Shown: positions 35,684 through 44,145 of the stretch, piece after piece | How the letters are laid out: each line of letters opens with the position of its first letter | Position numbering within the stretch: position 1 is the stretch's first letter | NCBI GenBank assembly: GCA_902780585.1 | Contig: CACZGA010000002.1 | Coordinates: 126-64,125, forward strand | DNA: 64,000 nt | Direction of reading: 5' to 3' | From: an uncultured Erysipelotrichaceae bacterium | GTDB taxonomy: Bacteria > Bacillota_I > Bacilli_A > RF39 > UBA660 | The notes under the pieces: generated by a model | What the model saw: only the letters and a program-made list of their open reading frames with translations | What the model was told of the DNA's origin: nothing | Database searches by the model: none | Translations under genes and position numbers: made by a program

Positions 35684-37279
35684 ATGATAAACAAACCAAA
35701 ATTAAAATTAAAGAAATTTTATTTCCATCCTATAACTATATTTATATTACTTTCATTTTTTGTAGTAATACTAAGTGGAATACTAAGTGCTTTTCAAGCC
35801 CAAGCAACTTATAATACTGTAAATGTAAACACAAATGATTTAGAACCAACGCTAATAGCTGTTGAAAACTTATTTTCATTTGACGGAATTAAATTCTTTA
35901 TAAGTAATGCTGCCAAGAACTTCTTATCATTTGGACCATTAGGAATGTTACTTATGTCCCTAATTGGAATTACCATAGCTGAAGGTACGGGTTTTATTGA
36001 AACAGTAACAAGAAGATGGCTAAGTAAGTTATCTAAATCAGGACTAACTTTCTTATTTATCTTCATAGCAACAATATCTTCTTTAATTAATGAAGTGGGA
36101 TATGCAATATTAATTCCACTCGCTGCTTTAGTATTCTTTATGAATAAAAGAAACCCTATATTAGGTATTATTGCTGCGTACTGTGGTGTAGCTTTTAGTT
36201 ATGGAGTATCAATCTTTGTTGGTTCTATGGAAGTGTCATTGATGGGATATACAAAAAAAGCTGCCATGCTAATTGATGAAAATACCCATATTGCTTTAAC
36301 ATCGAACTTAATATTTATCATAATATCAACCATAATAGTATCTATAGTAGGAACTATTATTATTGAAAAAGTAATTGCTCCAAAAATAGGAAAATATAAA
36401 AAAGAAGATGATTTTTCTAAAACAGAACAATACAAAATAGTAAATTTAGAAGAAGAAGAACAAAGAGAAATTGAAAGAGAAAAATACGAAAAAAGAGGTT
36501 TAAAATTTGCTTTAGTTGCCGCAATTATTATATTGATTATATTCGTATATTCTTTAATACCAAATCTACCTTGTTCAGGAATGCTTCTAGATATGACTGA
36601 AAAAACATATGTTAAACAATTATTTGGAGATAATGCATACTTCCAAGATGGCTTTACTTTCCTAGTATCACTTATCTTTATTTTATCTGGTGTAGCTTAT
36701 GGTATTGGAAGTAAATCTATAAAAAATGATAAAGAAATAATTGAAAATGCTAGTAAAAAATTTGCAAACTTAGGTAGCGTTTTCATGTTAATATTTGTTG
36801 TAAGTCAATTTATTGCCTTATTTAGAAAAAGTAATATTGGAATGGTAGCATCAGCTTGGCTAGCCAACCTTTTAGGACTACTATCATTAAATGGTATTGC
36901 CTTAATTGTAGTAGCTGTATTATTTATTGCCCTATCCAACTTACTATTAACTTCAACCGCAAGCAAGTGGATGATCTTTTCTCCCGTTGTAGTGCCAATG
37001 TTTATGCAATCAAATATCTCTCCACAATTTGCTCAAATAATAATGCGTGTAGGAGATTCAATTACTAAAGGTTATACACCATTACTTGCGTCATTTGTAA
37101 TTTATTTAGGTTATTTAAATATATATAACTTACAAAAAGATAAACCATACTCAATTCATAAGTCATTAGAACTTATAACGCCATACTTTTTAATAATGGC
37201 TATTACATGGGTATTAATTTTAATAGGTTGGTATATAATAGGTCTTCCAATAGGGCCAGGAGTTTATACTACATTATAA
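35684..37279 (+). CDS. AbgT-family transporter (p-aminobenzoyl-glutamate/antimetabolite efflux family)
   Basis: 531 aa, polytopic. N-terminal FHPITIFILL..., FGPLGMLLMSLIGITIAEGTGF pattern typical of AbgT/YdaH. Confidence 0.65.
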   Translation: MINKPKLKLKKFYFHPITIFILLSFFVVILSGILSAFQAQATYNTVNVNTNDLEPTLIAVENLFSFDGIKFFISNAAKNFLSFGPLGMLLMSLIGITIAEGTGFIETVTRRWLSKLSKSGLTFLFIFIATISSLINEVGYAILIPLAALVFFMNKRNPILGIIAAYCGVAFSYGVSIFVGSMEVSLMGYTKKAAMLIDENTHIALTSNLIFIIISTIIVSIVGTIIIEKVIAPKIGKYKKEDDFSKTEQYKIVNLEEEEQREIEREKYEKRGLKFALVAAIIILIIFVYSLIPNLPCSGMLLDMTEKTYVKQLFGDNAYFQDGFTFLVSLIFILSGVAYGIGSKSIKNDKEIIENASKKFANLGSVFMLIFVVSQFIALFRKSNIGMVASAWLANLLGLLSLNGIALIVVAVLFIALSNLLLTSTASKWMIFSPVVVPMFMQSNISPQFAQIIMRVGDSITKGYTPLLASFVIYLGYLNIYNLQKDKPYSIHKSLELITPYFLIMAITWVLILIGWYIIGLPIGPGVYTTL

Positions 37280-37306
37280 AAAGTATTTCATTGAAATACT
37301 TTTTTT
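37278..37306. terminator. bidirectional terminator between abgT-like and AraC-like genes
   Basis: AAAAAGUAUUU-CAUUG-AAAUACUUUUUUU, with A- and T-tracts on both sides. The flanking genes converge. Confidence 0.65.
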
Positions 37307-37769
37307 ATTTAAATATAGATAATTTAATAACACTATCCTTACTAGGAATATTTCTCCTGTAAGCTTCAACCTTCTTAAAAAATAATTCTAAAAATATAAC
37401 ATTCTTTTGTATTAAATAGTATGTATCCTCATCAATCGAAGGATCATAATTTAAATATAATCTATATATAGTAGGAGATACCCCAATTAATTTATGAAAC
37501 ATCTCTGAATAGTATTCTTGAGAATAAAAGCCATAACACAAAGAAACATTTAATATTGAAACAGAATCCCTTAAAATATCTAAAGAACTAAATATACGTT
37601 TATAATTCATGTAATCAATTATAGTTGTTCCTATTTCTTTTTTAAATAATCTCATAAGATAGTCTTTATTAAAATGAAAGGTATTAGACAGCTCGTTAAT
37701 AGTAACTTTTCGAAATAGATTTAAATCTAAATAATCTAATATATTTAAAACCAAAGGATTAGAAAACAT
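37305..37769 (-). CDS. AraC/XylS-family HTH protein (DNA-binding domain only, 154 aa)
   Basis: Two HTH units: VTINELSNTFHFNKDYLMRLFKKEIG and ILNVSLCYGFYSQEYYSEMFHKLIGVSPTIYR. No sensor domain. Confidence 0.75.
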   Translation of the reverse strand: MFSNPLVLNILDYLDLNLFRKVTINELSNTFHFNKDYLMRLFKKEIGTTIIDYMNYKRIFSSLDILRDSVSILNVSLCYGFYSQEYYSEMFHKLIGVSPTIYRLYLNYDPSIDEDTYYLIQKNVIFLELFFKKVEAYRRNIPSKDSVIKLSIFK

Positions 37770-37863
37770 ATTACCACCAATTTAATAATAACATAAAAAG
37801 TCGTTATTGTTTAAACGAAATATAAAAATGCATGGTTTAATAGAAAACGAAAGGAGGGGAAAT

Positions 37864-39216
37864 ATGAATAATTCAAGTTGGATATCTGAAAGAGAATACA
37901 AAAAATCATTAACAGAAGTAGATGTAACAAAAAAAGTAGAAAAATCTGGTATACCAATTCTTTCATCAGGTAATAAAATCTACATTGATGATCAAGAAAG
38001 ACATAATTTGGTAATAGGATCTACCGGTAGTGGAAAAACGCAAACAATTATTCTTCCGACATTAAAACTATCTATGAATGCTGAAGAATCATTCTTAGTA
38101 AATGATCCACAAGGAGAATTGTATGGAAAAGTAGCAAATTATCTAAAAGAAAAAGATTATAACATAATTGTCTTGGATTTTGAAAATCCCTTACTAGGTA
38201 ATAATTGGAATCCTTTAACACATCCATATAATGTGTATAAAAATGGGGATTACGATATAGCTTTAGAATTAATTGAAGAATTAGGATATTACATATTCAT
38301 GAGTCAAGATTACAAAGCTATTGACCCATTCTGGATTAATTCTACCATTAATTACTTTACTGGCTTAGTTCTACATCTATTCGAATCTGCTAAAGAAGAA
38401 GAGATAAATCTTTCTAGTGTTGGTGCCTTAGCCAACCAATTACAATCAAAAGAAACAAGTGAAAAGTTTCTAGAAAAATTACCAAAAAATAGTGCAATTT
38501 ATTTAAAAATGGTAGGTGTATTAAAAGCTCCATCTGAAACAAAAGGTAGTATTTTATCAGTTTTCAACCAAAAAATTGAAAGATACCTATCAAGAAAGAA
38601 TCTCTCAAGCATGTTAGCAAAATCTGATTTTGAAATGAAAGATCTACTAACCAAGAAAACAGCTATCTTTGTGGTTAGTGGGATGTCTTCATTTGGAAAT
38701 AATTTAATTCCATTATTAACTAATCAAATTGTTAATGCTGCTATTATTTATGGTAAAAACAAAAAAAGATTAAATATCTTACTAGACGAATTTGATTCGA
38801 TGATACCAATAAAAGATTTTTCAGGAATTCTAAATAGAAGTAGAGGTTTAAACATAAGATTTACAGTAGTTATTCAAAGTTATGCTCACTTATTAAATAT
38901 GTATTCTAAAGAAGAACTAGAAATATTAAAGATGTGTTTCGGTAATATTATTTACTTACTATCAGAAGATAAATATACCTTAGAAGAAATATCTGAGCGC
39001 TGTGGAACCCATATAGTAAATGATAGAGAAGAGCCTCTAATAAGTATGGCCGAACTAAAGACTTTAAAGGTATTTGAAGCAATTGTTTTAACTACAAGAA
39101 TGTTGCCTTTAAAAACTAAATTATTACCTGATTATAAAATAAATTGGGGTTATGAAATAGAAAAAGCCGATATTCCAGAAAGAAAAAATGAAGAAGTTCA
39201 TATCTACGAATTTTAA
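37864..39216 (+). CDS. VirD4/TraG-like (type IV coupling protein family) P-loop ATPase, soluble, no TM anchor
   Basis: Walker A HNLVIGSTGSGKTQTIILP. Walker B/TraG-D_C-like block LNILLDEFDSMIPIKDFSGILNRSRGLNIRFTVVIQSYAHL. Start ATG 37864 (AGGAGG SD). No hydrophobic N-terminus. Confidence 0.7.
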   Translation: MNNSSWISEREYKKSLTEVDVTKKVEKSGIPILSSGNKIYIDDQERHNLVIGSTGSGKTQTIILPTLKLSMNAEESFLVNDPQGELYGKVANYLKEKDYNIIVLDFENPLLGNNWNPLTHPYNVYKNGDYDIALELIEELGYYIFMSQDYKAIDPFWINSTINYFTGLVLHLFESAKEEEINLSSVGALANQLQSKETSEKFLEKLPKNSAIYLKMVGVLKAPSETKGSILSVFNQKIERYLSRKNLSSMLAKSDFEMKDLLTKKTAIFVVSGMSSFGNNLIPLLTNQIVNAAIIYGKNKKRLNILLDEFDSMIPIKDFSGILNRSRGLNIRFTVVIQSYAHLLNMYSKEELEILKMCFGNIIYLLSEDKYTLEEISERCGTHIVNDREEPLISMAELKTLKVFEAIVLTTRMLPLKTKLLPDYKINWGYEIEKADIPERKNEEVHIYEF

Positions 39217-39243
39217 AAAGAATGCCATTTGGTATTCTTTTAT
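39215..39243 (+). terminator. rho-independent terminator after the T4CP-like gene
   Basis: AAAAAGAAUGCC-AUUU-GGUAUUCUUUU (one G-U pair). Confidence 0.6.
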
Positions 39244-39284
39244 TATGAAAAAATGATATAATAAAGCATGAAAAGAGGGATATT

Positions 39285-40385
39285 ATGAGTTTAACAGCAG
39301 GAATAGTAGGACTTCCAAACGTCGGAAAGTCTACACTTTTTAATGCAATTACCAATCAAAAAATATTAGCTGAAAATTATCCATTTGCCACAATTGAACC
39401 AAATGTTGGAGTAGTAACTGTACCAGATGAAAGAATGGATGTTTTGAAAGAAATGTACAACCCAACCCGCTTTATCCCAACAGCTTATGAATTTACTGAT
39501 ATTGCTGGATTAGTAAAAGGCGCTAGTAAAGGAGAAGGTTTAGGAAACAAATTCTTATCTCACATAAGAGAAGTAGATGCCATTGTAGAGGTAGTAAGAT
39601 GTTTTGATGATGGTAAAATTATTCATGTAGAAGGTAATATAGATCCAATAAGGGATATAGAAACAATTAATTTAGAGTTAGCTATAGCGGATTTAGATGT
39701 TATAAATTCTCGTTTAGAAAGAGTATCAAAAAAAGCTAGAACAACAAAAAATAAAGATGATGAGTTAGAATACACAGTCTTAGAAAAATGCCAAAAAGCC
39801 CTAGAAGAAAATAAACCTATTAGACAATTAGACTTATCAGAAGAAGAAAAAAAGGTAATAAAGTCTTATAGTTTTTTAACTGAAAAACCAATTATCTATC
39901 TAGCAAATATTAAAGAAAGTGAATTAGACAACCCAGATAATGAATATGTAAAAGTAGTTAAAGAATATGCTTCAAAAGAAAATGCTAGAGTAGTAAGTCT
40001 ATGTGCTAAAGTAGAAGAAGAATTAAGTGAACTATCACCAGAAGATAAAAAAGAAATGCTAGAAGGCTTAGGACTAGATGGAAGTGGCTTAGATAAATTA
40101 ATTAAAGCAACTTATGACATATTAGGCTTAGCAACTTATTTCACTGTTGGAAAAGATGAAGTAAGAGCCTGGACCTTTAGAAAAGGTATGAACGCTAAAC
40201 AATGTGCTGGAATTATTCACACAGATTTTGAAAAAGGCTTTATTAGAGCCGAGGTAATGTCCTATGAAGATTTAATAGAATGTGGCTCTGAATTAAAAGT
40301 TAAAGAAGCCGGTAAAGCTAGACTAGAAGGAAAAGACTACTTAATGCAAGACGGAGACATCTGCCATTTCAGATTTAATATATAA
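39285..40385 (+). CDS. ychF: redox-regulated ribosome-binding ATPase YchF
   Basis: GIVGLPNVGKSTLFNAIT, TGS-like C-terminus, ends ..DGDICHFRFNI; 366 aa. Confidence 0.95.
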   Translation: MSLTAGIVGLPNVGKSTLFNAITNQKILAENYPFATIEPNVGVVTVPDERMDVLKEMYNPTRFIPTAYEFTDIAGLVKGASKGEGLGNKFLSHIREVDAIVEVVRCFDDGKIIHVEGNIDPIRDIETINLELAIADLDVINSRLERVSKKARTTKNKDDELEYTVLEKCQKALEENKPIRQLDLSEEEKKVIKSYSFLTEKPIIYLANIKESELDNPDNEYVKVVKEYASKENARVVSLCAKVEEELSELSPEDKKEMLEGLGLDGSGLDKLIKATYDILGLATYFTVGKDEVRAWTFRKGMNAKQCAGIIHTDFEKGFIRAEVMSYEDLIECGSELKVKEAGKARLEGKDYLMQDGDICHFRFNI

Positions 40386-40416
40386 AAAAAGAATCATTTT
40401 AATTGATTCTTTTTGT

Positions 40417-41163
40417 TTATCTTTCAGTAACTTTATATCCCTCAGCGTACCTAGCAACACTGTTTTCATAAGCTTCGTCATATGAAGCATAGCCATATAC
40501 AAAAGTAGATTGATCATCAGTAAGGAAATATTGAGGGGCTTCTGCTTTAGCATTACCAAGAGAAGACACAACATTCTTCTCAATATTCTCATAAATTACA
40601 GGAAAATATACAATCTTACGATCTTCTTGATGGAAGAAATCTTTATAGGTTGCTTTTAAAATTAAAATAACATAATTATGTTTTTCTGTGTAAAGAACAT
40701 AAAGCTTTTCTCTATTAATATCACCATCAATACTAAAACTGTGGTTTCCATCAATTACTCCTTCAGCTACTTGAGACATTTCAGCCTTTGCAAAGCTATC
40801 AATTAAATCCATATCAGTATTTGATATCTCGCTAGCATCAGTTAATAAATTTTCTTTATCAACAAATTCGTCATGAAATTTTTCATATATAGATAAATTA
40901 TCAGGTTTAGTCTTTTTAAAACTACCGAATATAACTGCAAAAATAATAATTGCCACTACAAATATAAATATAGCAGGTATTAAGAAAAACATTTTAAATG
41001 GCTTTCTCATTGCATCATAAACTAATATAAATTTATCTAGATTATCAGTGTCTCTTTCAATTTCAAAAGTTCTTTTACAATATTGGCATGCACAACTTTT
41101 GTCATTTTCATTAAAAGATAAACTTGCTCCACAATTTGGACATTTTTTTTCAATTAATTTCAT
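40417..41163 (-). CDS. hypothetical zinc-ribbon membrane protein
   Basis: N-terminal CPNCG..CQYC zinc ribbon, one TM helix (FFLIPAIFIFVVAIIIFAVIF), and an about 160-aa extracytoplasmic domain. No family recognised. Confidence 0.65.
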   Translation of the reverse strand: MKLIEKKCPNCGASLSFNENDKSCACQYCKRTFEIERDTDNLDKFILVYDAMRKPFKMFFLIPAIFIFVVAIIIFAVIFGSFKKTKPDNLSIYEKFHDEFVDKENLLTDASEISNTDMDLIDSFAKAEMSQVAEGVIDGNHSFSIDGDINREKLYVLYTEKHNYVILILKATYKDFFHQEDRKIVYFPVIYENIEKNVVSSLGNAKAEAPQYFLTDDQSTFVYGYASYDEAYENSVARYAEGYKVTER

Positions 41164-41238
41164 AGTATCACCCTAACATGACTATATCACAAAAAATAAA
41201 AAAAGAAAAGAAATAACCTAGACAATCACCAATAATTT

Positions 41239-41315
41239 TGTTATAATACCTTCGAGTATTTTGAATACTCCTTGCTATCAAGAGATAGCCATAAGTCCAA
41301 AAGGAGGTGCTGTAA
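41239..41315 (+). promoter_or_regulatory. rpsF promoter (TGtTATAAT 41239-41247) and structured 5' leader
   Basis: Two perfect hairpins: GAGUAUU-UUG-AAUACUC (41254-41270) and GCUAUC-AAGA-GAUAGC (41274-41289), ahead of the AAGGAGGUG SD. Possible S6:S18 autoregulatory leader. Confidence 0.4.
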
Positions 41316-41603
41316 ATGAATAAATACGAAATGATGTTCATTGTTAGACCAGATATGGAAGAAGCTGAAATCAAAAAGACAGCTGATAATATGAAAAAGG
41401 TTCTAACAGATGCTAAGGCTAAAATTGTTGAAGAAAAAGCAATGGGACAAAGAGAATTAGCATATGAAATTAGAAAGTTCAATACTGGATACTATTACTT
41501 ATTTATTGTTGAAACAACTAAAGAAGTTGAACAAGAATTTAATCGTGTTGCTAGAATTAACGAAAATATAATTCGTCATATAATAGTAAAAGTAGAAGAA
41601 TAA
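41316..41603 (+). CDS. rpsF: 30S ribosomal protein S6
   Basis: MNKYEMMFIVRPDMEE.. signature; 95 aa. rpsF-ssb-rpsR operon. Confidence 0.95.
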   Translation: MNKYEMMFIVRPDMEEAEIKKTADNMKKVLTDAKAKIVEEKAMGQRELAYEIRKFNTGYYYLFIVETTKEVEQEFNRVARINENIIRHIIVKVEE

Positions 41604-41613
41604 GAGGTAAGTT

Positions 41614-42093
41614 ATGAATAAAGTTTTTTTAATAGGAAGATTAACAAGAGATCCAGAATTGAGATATACAGGAAATAATACTCCTGTCGCAACATTCTCA
41701 TTAGCGGTAAATAGAAACTTCTCAAACCAACAAGGAGAAAGAGAAGCTGATTTTATTAATATAGTTGTATGGAGAAAACAAGCTGAAAATGTTAAAAATT
41801 ATTTAACACAAGGTAGCCAAGTAGCTATAGATGGTAGAATCCAAACAAGAAGCTATGATGACAACAATGGCCAAAAAAGATATGTAACAGAAGTTGTTGC
41901 TGATAACGTTGAATTTCTAGGATCTAAAAATTCCTCAAATAATTCTAATACCGGAACTGCTTCAAATGATGCAGGACCAAGTCCATATGATTTTGGAAAT
42001 GCTCCAGAACCAAAAGGGACAGACGTAGACAGTAATCCATTTGCTGATTTCGGTTCAAGTATCGAAATAAGTGACGATGAATTACCATTCTAA
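41614..42093 (+). CDS. ssb: single-stranded DNA-binding protein
   Basis: OB-fold [19 protein letters not shown] and acidic tip DDELPF; 159 aa. Confidence 0.95.
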   Translation: MNKVFLIGRLTRDPELRYTGNNTPVATFSLAVNRNFSNQQGEREADFINIVVWRKQAENVKNYLTQGSQVAIDGRIQTRSYDDNNGQKRYVTEVVADNVEFLGSKNSSNNSNTGTASNDAGPSPYDFGNAPEPKGTDVDSNPFADFGSSIEISDDELPF

Positions 42094-42113
42094 TAAATAA
42101 AGGAGGAAAAAGC

Positions 42114-42329
42114 ATGGGAGAATTCACACGTAAAAAGAAAAAAGTGTGTATGATGTGTACTGGAAAAACTGTTGATTATAAAGATCCAGAAACACTAAAA
42201 AGATATACAAATGAAAAAGGTAAAATAGTACCTAGAAGAGTTACAGGAAATTGTGCTAAACACCAAAGATATATTGCTAGAGAAATAAAGAGAGCACGTG
42301 CTATTGCCTTAATGCCATATTCAAGATAA
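42114..42329 (+). CDS. rpsR: 30S ribosomal protein S18
   Basis: 71 aa; [29 protein letters not shown]. Confidence 0.95.
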   Translation: MGEFTRKKKKVCMMCTGKTVDYKDPETLKRYTNEKGKIVPRRVTGNCAKHQRYIAREIKRARAIALMPYSR

Positions 42330-42352
42330 GAGAAAACTCTTATCTTTTTTTT
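42325..42352 (+). terminator. rho-independent terminator after rpsR
   Basis: GAUAAGAG-AAAA-CUCUUAUC (8-bp perfect stem) followed by U8. Confidence 0.8.
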
Positions 42353-42417
42353 CTTAACGTCAAGTAAAAATAAAAGTTGTCTAAAATATATCTATTGTAA
42401 AAAAGGTATGCTATAAT

Positions 42418-42628
42418 AAAAATGTCTAAAAGATATTGAGCTTTTGTTAAAACCGACTAAGTAACAATAAGGGAATTCGGAACTAGTCAACTGGTGTTGA
42501 ATGCCTATCATAGAATAGGAATCCTAAAAGTTGAGTATGAATACCCACCTAAAATAAGCGGGTTTTGCCGCTTCAATCTTTAGACATTTTTCTTTTGCAC
42601 TAAAAACGTATATTATACGTTTTTTATT
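42418..42628 (+). ncRNA. candidate structured small RNA (6S-RNA-like architecture; identity unconfirmed)
   Basis: Own extended -10 (TGCTATAAT, 42409-42417). The 5' arm AAUGUCUAAAAGAUAUUGAGC (42421-) pairs with the 3' arm GCUUCAAUCUUUAGACAUU (-42598), closing an about 150-nt interior that holds internal hairpins (CCUAU-CAUAGA-AUAGG, AGCGG-GUUUUG-CCGCU). A U-tract follows, then a second hairpin AAAAACGUA-UAUUA-UACGUUUUU (42602-42624). No ORF. Confidence 0.45.
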
Positions 42629-42706
42629 TGTGATATAAAGCCTCGTTTTATTAGACAAAAACATGAAAATAATATATAATAAAGTTGGAACTTTATAGGA
42701 GGAACT

Positions 42707-43693
42707 ATGAGTATAATTAAAGAAAGAAGAAAAATAAACAAAGCTCTTCGTAAAGCGAAGACAGTATTCTTAATGGCTCACAGAGATTTAGATTTAGATG
42801 CCCTAGGTAGTTCAATTGGGATGAATTTGATTTTAAAGAGAAAAAAGAAAAAATGCTTTATAATCATAGACGATAAAATCCATGAACCAGGGGTAGAAAA
42901 AGTTCTAAGAGAATTAGAGGGTTGCATCAATATCATCAAATCTGAACAAATAGAAGAAAAGATGAACAAAAATAATAATAAAAACCTATTAATAATATTA
43001 GATACTAATAAATCAGAACTAGTACAAAGCCAAGAGGCTCTAAAAAAATTCGATAAAAAAATAGTAATTGATCATCATGATGTAGGGAAAACAACTATAA
43101 AAGACGCTACTTTAATAATAGATAATAAAGTATCTAGTGCTTGTGAAATGATAGCTAGCTTAATAGAACACTATGACGTAGAAATAGACTCTTACTATGC
43201 TACGATACTATTATCGGGAATTGTTTTAGATACCAACAACTTTACTTTAAATACAACATCAGAAACATTCTATATGTCTTATTACTTAACATCTTTAGGA
43301 GCAAGTGCTAAAAAAGTTCAATACTTATTAAAACAAGATTTACAAGAATATACAGAAAGGCAAAAACTAATGTCATCTATTGAAACTATAGATGGTAATA
43401 TTGCCTTTACTAAAGCCACACCACATACCAAATATAGAAGAGAAGATCTTGCTAAAGTAGCAGACACTTTATTATTTTTTAATAATATTGAAGCCTCTTT
43501 TGTAATTGGAAAAATAGGTAAAGATACTATAGGTTTAAGTGCTAGAAGTTTAGGAAATTATAATATTGGTAAAATATTAGAAAAATTAGGTGGTGGAGGA
43601 GATACCTTCAATGGTGCCGCTAAATTTGAAAAGACGACCATAAGTAAAGTAGAACAAGAATTAAAAAAACTAATAAAAGAAGAAGGAGAATAA
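42707..43693 (+). CDS. DHH/DHHA1-family phosphoesterase (stand-alone GdpP-like catalytic module)
   Basis: 328 aa. Motifs AHRDLDLDALGS, VIDHHD (DHH), GGGGDTFNGAA (DHHA1). Occupies the gdpP/yybT slot directly upstream of rplI-dnaB, but has no TM, PAS or GGDEF region. Confidence 0.8.
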   Translation: MSIIKERRKINKALRKAKTVFLMAHRDLDLDALGSSIGMNLILKRKKKKCFIIIDDKIHEPGVEKVLRELEGCINIIKSEQIEEKMNKNNNKNLLIILDTNKSELVQSQEALKKFDKKIVIDHHDVGKTTIKDATLIIDNKVSSACEMIASLIEHYDVEIDSYYATILLSGIVLDTNNFTLNTTSETFYMSYYLTSLGASAKKVQYLLKQDLQEYTERQKLMSSIETIDGNIAFTKATPHTKYRREDLAKVADTLLFFNNIEASFVIGKIGKDTIGLSARSLGNYNIGKILEKLGGGGDTFNGAAKFEKTTISKVEQELKKLIKEEGE

Positions 43694-43694
43694 C

Positions 43695-44135
43695 ATGGAA
43701 GTAATTTTTATCAAGGATTTAAAAAACCAAGGTAAAAAGGGGCAAATAAAAGAAGTAAAAGATGGTTATGCTGAAAACTTCTTAATAAAGAATGGTTATG
43801 CAGTAAAAAAGACCAAAGAAAATCTTTCTAAATTAAATCATGAAATAGCTAAAAAAGAAAAAGAAACAGAAGAAAAGACGGCAGAAGCTACAAAAGTAAA
43901 AGAAACCCTATCACAACTTGTATTAGAATTTAAAGTAAAAACAGGTGAAGGTGACAAAGTATTTGGTAGTATAAGTCAAAAACAAATCAAAGAAGAATTA
44001 GAAAAAAAGGGCTATAAGATTGATAAAAATCAGATTGATATAACAAATCCTATTTCATCATTAGGATTCCATAATGTAGAAATTAATCTATTTAATGATA
44101 TAACTGCGACTATTAAGGTGCATGTTATAAAATAG
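43695..44135 (+). CDS. rplI: 50S ribosomal protein L9
   Basis: MEVIFIKDLKNQGKKGQIKEVKDGYAENFL signature; 146 aa. Confidence 0.95.
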   Translation: MEVIFIKDLKNQGKKGQIKEVKDGYAENFLIKNGYAVKKTKENLSKLNHEIAKKEKETEEKTAEATKVKETLSQLVLEFKVKTGEGDKVFGSISQKQIKEELEKKGYKIDKNQIDITNPISSLGFHNVEINLFNDITATIKVHVIK

Positions 44136-44145
44136 AGGTGATTGT

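Noticed and set aside
35684-39216. Calling the abgT / AraC / T4CP-like segment a mobile element (ICE or genomic island)
   Set aside because: No integrase, relaxase, transposase, flanking direct repeats or tRNA target are visible. One coupling-protein homologue is insufficient. It is reported as an accessory insertion only.
41168-41482. 104-aa minus-strand ORF
   Set aside because: It overlaps the rpsF promoter, leader and 5' coding region in antisense, and rpsF is unambiguous.
42418-42628. Assigning the structured RNA to a c-di-AMP (ydaO-type) riboswitch because a DHH/DHHA1 phosphodiesterase homologue lies downstream
   Set aside because: I could not find the conserved G-rich GGGGACCCA/ACCCGAAUCC-type blocks I remember for that class. 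The RNA has its own closing stem plus U-tract and a separate terminator, with no obvious antiterminator. The idea is attractive but unsupported, so it is left as an unidentified or 6S-like candidate.
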